In this document: one piece after another, positions 58,001 to 64,000 of the stretch | How positions within the stretch are numbered: the first letter of the stretch is position 1 | How the letters are laid out: every line of letters begins with the position of its first letter | Assembly: GCA_026770705.1 (NCBI GenBank) | Contig: JANJGN010000010.1 | Span: forward strand, 89,342,001 to 89,406,000 | Direction: 5' to 3' | Length of the DNA: 64,000 nt | Origin: Isurus oxyrinchus | Taxonomy: Eukaryota | Notes under the pieces: model-generated | What the model was told of the DNA's origin: nothing | What the model saw: only the letters and a program-made list of their open reading frames with translations | The model's database searches: none | Made by a program: the position numbers and the translations under genes

Positions 58001-61000
58001 CAGAGCATGAAGATATCCCTTTCTCCAAGGCAGGCGTCTCTCGGTTGAAAACTTATGGAGATGTCAAATCACATTTTGAATACGACAGATGACAGATTTC
58101 AATACAAATAATCCTGGGAACAGATGCCTAATTATTCAGAAGAACATCCACTTTGTGTCCAAGAATATGAAGGAGAGGTCTGGAACTTCACATCAACAAA
58201 CTGTGTCAATTATTGCATACACTCATGCTGGTTATTAGACATGATTGGCAGTAGTGTCTTGTGGCAAACGATTGTGCCAGATATTCAATAACTTATACAC
58301 TTACCGGGTGATAATATTTGTCCACTGGCTGTACAGGAGCATGTTGTTGTTTCTGTAGTAGTGGGAGTCACTGTTACTGTTGTTGTAGATTCTAGTGTAG
58401 TGCTGGGCGCTGTGGTGGTTTCACATTTTCCCGTGTACTTCAAAATTTCACAACTCTTAGTACATAGAGTGAAATTACAGAGCCCAGATTTACCTGCAGA
58501 ACTGACTATAGCCTGGCCTGGAAGACAAAAGTCAGGAAAAGGTTTCAGGCATCCCCTTCCATTGATCCTTCTAATATTACGCTTACCAACAAAAATCAAT
58601 ATATAGCTGACAGAGCCTCATATTTTGACATTAAAGAGCTAACACCAACGCTGAAAGTTTAGAATAAAAGAAGATTCCACCTCTAGGTGAAATTCATGGG
58701 TCTGGAAAATATGACGGCCAATATTAGAAGCTAAATACTTCATGCACCCCGATTACAGGTCTAACTCTCCTCATTCCAGAATGTTAAATGATATTGCAAT
58801 TGTTTGTGTTTGGTTTAAAAATGTGGACTGAACAATGTTGATACATGTTAAATGGGTTTCTAAAGAGCGAATTGGGGGCTGCAGAGAGCTTCTGTTTGAG
58901 CAAAACACAAAAGTGAGCGAAACAGAGAAATTTGGGGACAGTGTGAAAATTATGCCATTCGTTCAACGAATATAATATCTCTGACTGAACGAACAATCAT
59001 ATGGACATATTCAGTGCAGAACAATACACTGATAACTGATTGACATAAGGAAGCAGTCAAAAGTGCTGATCATTAGAAAGTTGCCCAACTTGTATGGACT
59101 TTCCAAACAGGCGAGACTTTTTTCTGGAAATGCAGAATGAGAGTAAGAACATTAAAGCTTGGACCTCACTCGATGTCTCTCCATTGACACCATGTTGTTT
59201 TCCTCAAGTCCAGGGGGACATAGAGCAACAAGTAGAGCACAGCAACTTGTGTGGACATTTAGTATCTTTAATCTTTGGTGTGTGAATGTGAATTTGAAAT
59301 CTGGAATCATTATTTCAGATGTGCAGAGCATGAAGATGTTCACTTCTCCAAGGGCTGATTCTCTCGGTTGAAAAATAATGGAGACGTCAAATCACATTTT
59401 GAATGGGACAGATGACAGATTTCAATACAAATAATCCTGGGAACAGATGCCTAATTATTCAGAAGAACATCCACTTTGTGTCCAAGAATGTGAAGGAGAG
59501 GTCTGGAACTTCACATCAACAAACTGTCTCAATTATTGCATAATATCATGCTTGATAATAGATATGATTGACAGTATCCTCTTGTGGCAAATGTTTGTGT
59601 CAGATATTTAATAACTGATACACTTACCGGGTGATAATATTTGTCCATTGGCTGTACAGGAGCATGTTGTTGTTTCTGTAGTAGTGGGAGTCACTGTTAC
59701 TGTTGTTGTAGATTCGAGTGATGTGGTGGGCGTTGTGGTGGTTTCACATTTTCCCGTGAAGTTCAAAATTTCACAACTCTTAATACATAGAGTGAAATTA
59801 CAGAGGCCGGATTTACCTGCAGAACTCACTATAGCCTGCCCTGGAAGACAAATGTCAGGAGAAGGTTTCAGTCATCTCATACCATTCTTCACTCAGATAA
59901 CATGTTTACCTCTAGAAAAATGTATAGAACTGACCAGTCTGGCGTTAAGACAATTAAATGCTAAGTATAAGGCTAAATTTTTACAATGAAAGAAGATTCC
60001 AAAGTTAAACCATCAACATCAGCAGCTAAATATTTCCTCAGCTCTGATCGCACGTATAAACCTCCTCGTTTGGAAAGTTAAATTTTTCTGCTGCTGTTGT
60101 GTTTGGTTTACAAAATGGGACAGAACAATGTTGAAACAGGTTAACTGGGTTTGTAAAAGAGCAAATTGGATGCTGTAGAACGAGTCTACTGGTTGAAAAT
60201 ACTAAATTGAGCAAATCAGAAATTTGGGGACAGTGTTAAACTTTTTCCATCCGTACAACCAATATAATGTCTCTGCCTGAACGAACAATCATACGGACAT
60301 ATTCAGTGCAGCACAAAACTCTGATAACTGACTGACTAAATGAAGCAGTCAAAAGTGCTGAGCATTAGAAAGTTGCCCAATTTGTACGGACTTTCCAAAC
60401 AGGCGAGACTTTTGCTGCAAATGCAGAATGAGAGTACGAACATTAAAGCTTGGACCTCGCTCGGTGATTCTCCATTGACACAATGTTGCATTCCTCATTT
60501 CAGTGGGACACAGGGCAACAAGTAGAGCACAGCAACCTGTGCGGAAACATTTAGTATCTTTAACCATTGTTGTGTGAATGTGAGTGTGTAATCTGGAATC
60601 ATTATTTCAGATGTGCAGAGCATGAAGATATCCCTTTCTCCAAGGCAGGCGTCTCTCGGTTGAAAACTTATGGAGATGTCAAATCACATTTTGAATACGA
60701 CAGATGACAGATTTCAATACAAATAATCCTGGGAACAGATGCCTAATTATTCAGAAGAACATCCACTTTGTGTCCAAGAATATGAAGGAGAGGTCTGGAA
60801 CTTCACATCAACAAACTGTGTCAATTATTGCATACACTCATGCTGGTTATTAGACATGATTGGCAGTAGTGTCTTGTGGCAAACGATTGTGCCAGATATT
60901 CAATAACTTATACACTTACCGGGTGATAATATTTGTCCACTGGCTGTACAGGAGCATGTTGTTGTTTCTGTAGTAGTGGGAGTCACTGTTACTGTTGTTG

Positions 61001-63747
61001 TAGATTCTAGTGTAGTGCTGGGCGCTGTGGTGGTTTCACATTTTCCCGTGTACTTCAAAATTTCACAACTCTTAGTACATAGAGTGAAATTACAGAGCCC
61101 AGATTTACCTGCAGAACTGACTATAGCCTGGCCTGGAAGACAAAAGTCAGGAAATGGTTTCAGGCATCCCCTTCCATTGATCCTTCTAATATTACGCTTA
61201 CCAACAAAAATCAATATATAGCTGACAGAGCCTCATATTTTGACATTTAAGAGCTAACACCAACGCTGAAAGTTTAGAATAAAAGAAGATTCCACCTCTA
61301 GGTGAAATTCATGGGTCTGGAAAATATGACGGCCAATATTAGAAGCTAAATACTTCATGCACCCCGATTACAGGTCTAACTCTCCTCATTCCAGAATGTT
61401 AAATGATATTGCAATTGTTTGTGTTTGGTTTAAAAATGTGGACTGAACAATGTTGATACATGTTAAATGGGTTTCTAAAGAGCGAATTGGGGGCTGCAGA
61501 GAGCTTCTGTTTGAGCAAAACACAAAAGTGAGCGAAACAGAGAAATTTGGGGACAGTGTGAAAATTATGCCATTCGTTCAACGAATATAATATCTCTGAC
61601 TGAACGAACAATCATATGGACATATTCAGTGCAGAACAATACACTGATAACTGATTGACATAAGGAAGCAGTCAAAAGTGCTGATCATTAGAAAGTTGCC
61701 CAACTTGTATGGACTTTCCAAACAGGCGAGACTTTTTTCTGGAAATGCAGAATGAGAGTAAGAACATTAAAGCTTGGACCTCACTCGATGTCTCTCCATT
61801 GACACCATGTTGTTTTCCTCAAGTCCAGGGGGACATAGAGCAACAAGTAGAGCACAGCAACTTGTGTGGACATTTAGTATCTTTAATCTTTGGTGTGTGA
61901 ATGTGAATTTGAAATCTGGAATCATTATTTCAGATGTGCAGAGCATGAAGATGTTCACTTCTCCAAGGGCTGATTCTCTCGGTTGAAAAATAATGGAGAC
62001 GTCAAATCACATTTTGAATGGGACAGATGACAGATTTCAATACAAATAATCCTGGGAACAGATGCCTAATTATTCAGAAGAACATCCACTTTGTGTCCAA
62101 GAATGTGAAGGAGAGGTCTGGAACTTCACATCAACAAACTGTCTCAATTATTGCATAATATCATGCTTGATAATAGATATGATTGACAGTATCCTCTTGT
62201 GGCAAATGTTTGTGTCAGATATTTAATAACTGATACACTTACCGGGTGATAATATTTGTCCATTGGCTGTACAGGAGCATGTTGTTGTTTCTGTAGTAGT
62301 GGGAGTCACTGTTACTGTTGTTGTAGATTCGAGTGATGTGGTGGGCGTTGTGGTGGTTTCACATTTTCCCGTGAAGTTCAAAATTTCACAACTCTTAATA
62401 CATAGAGTGAAATTACAGAGGCCGGATTTACCTGCAGAACTCACTATAGCCTGCCCTGGAAGACAAATGTCAGGAGAAGGTTTCAGTCATCTCATACCAT
62501 TCTTCACTCAGATAACATGTTTACCTCTAGAAAAATGTATAGAACTGACCAGTCTGGCGTTAAGACAATTAAATGCTAAGTATAAGGCTAAATTTTTACA
62601 ATGAAAGAAGATTCCAAAGTTAAACCATCAACATCAGCAGCTAAATATTTCCTCAGCTCTGATCGCACGTATAAACCTCCTCGTTTGGAAAGTTAAATTT
62701 TTCTGCTGCTGTTGTGTTTGGTTTACAAAATGGGACAGAACAATGTTGAAACAGGTTAACTGGGTTTGTAAAAGAGCAAATTGGATGCTGTAGAACGAGT
62801 CTACTGGTTGAAAATACTAAATTGAGCAAATCAGAAATTTGGGGACAGTGTTAAACTTTTTCCATCCGTACAACCAATATAATGTCTCTGCCTGAACGAA
62901 CAATCATACGGACATATTCAGTGCAGCACAAAACTCTGATAACTGACTGACTAAATGAAGCAGTCAAAAGTGCTGAGCATTAGAAAGTTGCCCAATTTGT
63001 ACGGACTTTCCAAACAGGCGAGACTTTTGCTGCAAATGCAGAATGAGAGTACGAACATTAAAGCTTGGACCTCGCTCGGTGATTCTCCATTGACACAATG
63101 TTGCATTCCTCATTTCAGTGGGACACAGGGCAACAAGTAGAGCACAGCAACCTGTGCGGAAACATTTAGTATCTTTAACCATTGTTGTGTGAATGTGAGT
63201 GTGTAATCTGGAATCATTATTTCAGATGTGCAGAGCATGAAGATATCCCTTTCTCCAAGGCAGGCGTCTCTCGGTTGAAAACTTATGGAGATGTCAAATC
63301 ACATTTTGAATACGACAGATGACAGATTTCAATACAAATAATCCTGGGAACAGATGCCTAATTATTCAGAAGAACATCCACTTTGTGTCCAAGAATATGA
63401 AGGAGAGGTCTGGAACTTCACATCAACAAACTGTGTCAATTATTGCATACACTCATGCTGGTTATTAGACATGATTGGCAGTAGTGTCTTGTGGCAAACG
63501 ATTGTGCCAGATATTCAATAACTTATACACTTACCGGGTGATAATATTTGTCCACTGGCTGTACAGGAGCATGTTGTTGTTTCTGTAGTAGTGGGAGTCA
63601 CTGTTACTGTTGTTGTAGATTCTAGTGTAGTGCTGGGCGCTGTGGTGGTTTCACATTTTCCCGTGTACTTCAAAATTTCACAACTCTTAGTACATAGAGT
63701 GAAATTACAGAGCCCAGATTTACCTGCAGAACTGACTATAGCCTGGC
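838..63747 (-). CDS. Internal part of a giant mucin-like gene (gel-forming MUC2/MUC5-like): 50 spliced 213-bp exons, about 3,550 aa of alternating Thr-rich and 6-Cys modules; both ends lie outside the window
   Basis: Every copy has a polypyrimidine+CAG acceptor and a G|GTAAGT donor 213 bp apart, phase 1-1, with no stops or indels seen. The spacer is 20/27 Thr/Ser/Pro. The junction-spanning CxC..NG...SPG..I.......G.C....C...C.I....G.C pattern resembles the post-PTS Cys module of gel-forming mucins (recalled, not searched). Confidence 0.85.
2018..2230 (-). CDS. Repeat exon 2 (AGNS, CTNSC, KFT, ESAT; B-like intron)
   Basis: AG/GT flanked, 213 bp, open frame. Confidence 0.9.
3342..3554 (-). CDS. 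Repeat exon 3 (class A; AGES, TTFT)
   Basis: AG/GT flanked, 213 bp, open frame. Confidence 0.9.
4665..4877 (-). CDS. Repeat exon 4 (B/D-like intron; CSCRANG)
   Basis: Acceptor tctttcag, donor gtaagt, 213 bp. Confidence 0.9.
5987..6199 (-). CDS. Repeat exon 5 (class C, full-length intron; CKFT, TTFT)
   Basis: Acceptor tctcttccag|GG, donor gtaagt, 213 bp. Confidence 0.9.
7278..7490 (-). CDS. Repeat exon 6 (class A; TLQS, CTDNG)
   Basis: AG/GT flanked, 213 bp, open frame. Confidence 0.9.
8601..8813 (-). CDS. Repeat exon 7 (class c; CTKNC)
   Basis: AG/GT flanked (donor gtaagttt), 213 bp. Confidence 0.9.
9643..9855 (-). CDS. Repeat exon 8 (class A; AGES, VIV)
   Basis: AG/GT flanked, 213 bp, open frame. 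Confidence 0.9.
10966..11178 (-). CDS. Repeat exon 9 (class B; consensus)
   Basis: AG/GT flanked, 213 bp, open frame. Confidence 0.9.
12289..12501 (-). CDS. Repeat exon 10 (class c; CTKNC)
   Basis: AG/GT flanked, 213 bp. Confidence 0.9.
13331..13543 (-). CDS. Repeat exon 11 (class A; VIV)
   Basis: AG/GT flanked, 213 bp, open frame. Confidence 0.9.
14654..14866 (-). CDS. Repeat exon 12 (class c)
   Basis: AG/GT flanked (donor gtaagttt), 213 bp. Confidence 0.9.
15696..15908 (-). CDS. Repeat exon 13 (class A; AGES)
   Basis: Acceptor tgtctgccag, donor gtaagt, 213 bp. Confidence 0.9.
17019..17231 (-). CDS. Repeat exon 14 (class B)
   Basis: AG/GT flanked, 213 bp, open frame. Confidence 0.9.
18342..18554 (-). 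CDS. Repeat exon 15 (class c)
   Basis: AG/GT flanked, 213 bp. Confidence 0.9.
19384..19596 (-). CDS. Repeat exon 16 (class A; AGES, CSFT, VIV)
   Basis: AG/GT flanked, 213 bp, open frame. Confidence 0.9.
20707..20919 (-). CDS. Repeat exon 17 (class B)
   Basis: AG/GT flanked, 213 bp, open frame. Confidence 0.9.
22030..22242 (-). CDS. Repeat exon 18 (class c; KSSLC)
   Basis: AG/GT flanked, 213 bp. Confidence 0.9.
23072..23284 (-). CDS. Repeat exon 19 (class A; VIV)
   Basis: AG/GT flanked, 213 bp, open frame. Confidence 0.9.
24395..24607 (-). CDS. Repeat exon 20 (class c)
   Basis: AG/GT flanked (donor gtaagttt), 213 bp. Confidence 0.9.
25437..25649 (-). CDS. Repeat exon 21 (class A; AGES, VIV)
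   Basis: AG/GT flanked, 213 bp, open frame. Confidence 0.9.
26760..26972 (-). CDS. Repeat exon 22 (class B)
   Basis: AG/GT flanked, 213 bp, open frame. Confidence 0.9.
28083..28295 (-). CDS. Repeat exon 23 (class C; CIKSC, KFT, TTPTTSLES)
   Basis: AG/GT flanked, 213 bp, open frame. Confidence 0.9.
29375..29587 (-). CDS. Repeat exon 24 (class D; CTASG)
   Basis: AG/GT flanked, 213 bp, open frame. Confidence 0.9.
30698..30910 (-). CDS. Repeat exon 25 (class A; AGES)
   Basis: AG/GT flanked, 213 bp, open frame. Confidence 0.9.
32022..32234 (-). CDS. Repeat exon 26 (class B)
   Basis: AG/GT flanked, 213 bp, open frame. Confidence 0.9.
33345..33557 (-). CDS. Repeat exon 27 (class C; ILNFT)
   Basis: AG/GT flanked, 213 bp, open frame. 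Confidence 0.9.
34637..34849 (-). CDS. Repeat exon 28 (class D)
   Basis: AG/GT flanked, 213 bp, open frame. Confidence 0.9.
35960..36172 (-). CDS. Repeat exon 29 (class A; AGES, VIV)
   Basis: AG/GT flanked, 213 bp, open frame. Confidence 0.9.
37284..37496 (-). CDS. Repeat exon 30 (class B)
   Basis: AG/GT flanked, 213 bp, open frame. Confidence 0.9.
38607..38819 (-). CDS. Repeat exon 31 (class C; ILNFT)
   Basis: AG/GT flanked, 213 bp, open frame. Confidence 0.9.
39900..40112 (-). CDS. Repeat exon 32 (class D)
   Basis: AG/GT flanked, 213 bp, open frame. Confidence 0.9.
41223..41435 (-). CDS. Repeat exon 33 (class A; ILSS|G)
   Basis: AG/GT flanked, 213 bp, open frame. Confidence 0.9.
42547..42759 (-). 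CDS. Repeat exon 34 (class B)
   Basis: AG/GT flanked, 213 bp, open frame. Confidence 0.9.
43868..44080 (-). CDS. Repeat exon 35 (class C; ILNFT)
   Basis: AG/GT flanked, 213 bp, open frame. Confidence 0.9.
45161..45373 (-). CDS. Repeat exon 36 (class D)
   Basis: AG/GT flanked, 213 bp, open frame. Confidence 0.9.
46484..46696 (-). CDS. Repeat exon 37 (class A; ILSS|G)
   Basis: AG/GT flanked, 213 bp, open frame. Confidence 0.9.
47808..48020 (-). CDS. Repeat exon 38 (class B)
   Basis: AG/GT flanked, 213 bp, open frame. Confidence 0.9.
49131..49343 (-). CDS. Repeat exon 39 (class A; AGES, CSFT)
   Basis: AG/GT flanked, 213 bp, open frame. Confidence 0.9.
50461..50673 (-). CDS. Repeat exon 40 (class B)
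   Basis: AG/GT flanked, 213 bp, open frame. Confidence 0.9.
51784..51996 (-). CDS. Repeat exon 41 (class C; KFT)
   Basis: AG/GT flanked, 213 bp, open frame. Confidence 0.9.
53075..53287 (-). CDS. Repeat exon 42 (class D; junction Gly codon G|GT)
   Basis: AG/GT flanked, 213 bp, open frame. Confidence 0.9.
54398..54610 (-). CDS. Repeat exon 43 (class C; ILNFT)
   Basis: AG/GT flanked, 213 bp, open frame. Confidence 0.9.
55690..55902 (-). CDS. Repeat exon 44 (class D)
   Basis: AG/GT flanked, 213 bp, open frame. Confidence 0.9.
57013..57225 (-). CDS. Repeat exon 45 (class C)
   Basis: AG/GT flanked, 213 bp, open frame. Confidence 0.9.
58305..58517 (-). CDS. Repeat exon 46 (class D)
   Basis: AG/GT flanked, 213 bp, open frame. 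Confidence 0.9.
59628..59840 (-). CDS. Repeat exon 47 (class C)
   Basis: AG/GT flanked, 213 bp, open frame. Confidence 0.9.
60920..61132 (-). CDS. Repeat exon 48 (class D)
   Basis: AG/GT flanked, 213 bp, open frame. Confidence 0.9.
62243..62455 (-). CDS. Repeat exon 49 (class C)
   Basis: AG/GT flanked, 213 bp, open frame. Confidence 0.9.
63535..63747 (-). CDS. Repeat exon 50 (class D)
   Basis: AG/GT flanked, 213 bp, open frame. Confidence 0.9.
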
Positions 63748-64000
63748 CTGGAAGACAAAAGTCAGGAAAAGGTTTCAGGCATCCCCTTCCATTGATCCTT
63801 CTAATATTACGCTTACCAACAAAAATCAATATATAGCTGACAGAGCCTCATATTTTGACATTTAAGAGCTAACACCAACGCTGAAAGTTTAGAATAAAAG
63901 AAGATTCCACCTCTAGGTGAAATTCATGGGTCTGGAAAATATGACGGCCAATATTAGAAGCTAAATACTTCATGCACCCCGATTACAGGTCTAACTCTCC

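Larger units (their letters stand above)
1..64000. repeat. Tandem array of 50 exon+intron units (period mostly 1321-1330 bp; class C 1291-1293; class c 1042; first unit 1180), running off both window ends
   Basis: Recurring anchor cacttaccgg...atagcctg[g/c]cctggaaga and near-identical ORFs at regular spacing. Confidence 0.98.
51784..64000. repeat. Higher-order block 3: CD dimers (2614-2615 bp), nearly identical, continuing past the window end
   Basis: C-exon starts 51784, 54398, 57013, 59628, 62243; D-exon starts 53075, 55690, 58305, 60920, 63535. Confidence 0.93.

Noticed and set aside
2498-63182. Recurring 60-110 aa intronic ORFs (MLTFVFCS, MDIFMLCT, MKQSKVLS, MFVQSEIL etc.)
   Set aside because: They recur only because the intron is duplicated, are frameshifted or truncated between classes, and resemble no domain I recognise.
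838-63747. Dscam-like mutually exclusive exon cluster or antigen-receptor segment array
   Set aside because: Copies are nearly identical rather than diversified, the Cys domain needs consecutive exons to be complete, and I saw no RSS heptamer/nonamer pairs at exon borders. Not formally excluded without transcripts.
1998-63829. The 73-105 aa minus-strand ORFs (MFNFVGKS.../MIFV...PGKCISY) as a tandem family of single-exon genes
   Set aside because: Their variable N-termini are intron and polypyrimidine sequence, with no signal peptide and no conserved start (absent in class C/c). The KCISY tail is read-through of the gtaagt donor. Conservation follows the splice sites.
858-63836. Repeated + strand Val-rich ORFs (MAVQEHVVVSVVVGVTV...) as small membrane proteins
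   Set aside because: They are the antisense shadow of Thr codons, mostly start at TTG/GTG, have class-dependent ends, and are broken by TGA at 53284-53286 through a change that is silent on the minus strand.
1-64000. CRISPR array, prokaryotic repeat system, or non-coding satellite/transposon array
   Set aside because: Units are over 1 kb with homologous rather than unique spacers. There are no cas, transposase or RT ORFs, no TIRs or LTRs, and spliceosomal signals frame a conserved coding segment.

Overview
The whole 64-kb window is the interior of one very large, intron-containing eukaryotic gene (vertebrate-like) on the minus strand, most likely a secreted gel-forming mucin of the MUC2/MUC5 family. 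It consists of 50 tandem exon+intron units of about 1.04-1.33 kb. Each unit holds one 213-bp phase-1/phase-1 exon (yyyyccag|G[C/G/T]CAGGCT...TCACCCG|gtaagt) encoding 71 aa, consensus GQAIVSSAGKSGLCNFTLCTKSCEILKYTGKC-ETTTAPSTTLESTTTVTVTPTTTETTT-CSCTANGQILSP. Spliced, the window gives 10,650 nt / 3,550 aa of alternating 27-aa Thr-rich spacers and 44-aa six-cysteine modules. Each module is only completed across an exon-exon junction, and from memory it resembles the Cys-rich module that follows the PTS region in human MUC2/MUC5AC/MUC5B. The introns fall into classes (A, B, C, deleted-C 'c', D) arranged as higher-order repeats that change along the array: Ac/ABc, then ABCD, then AB, then CD. Neither end of the gene is in the window. 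The many ORFs in the supplied track are antisense shadows, unspliced read-through or chance intronic ORFs. Exons are numbered 1-50 by + strand coordinate, so transcription runs 50 to 1. The class label refers to the intron at higher coordinate (upstream in the transcript). No database search or alignment was run; comparisons were made by eye and from the ORF track.
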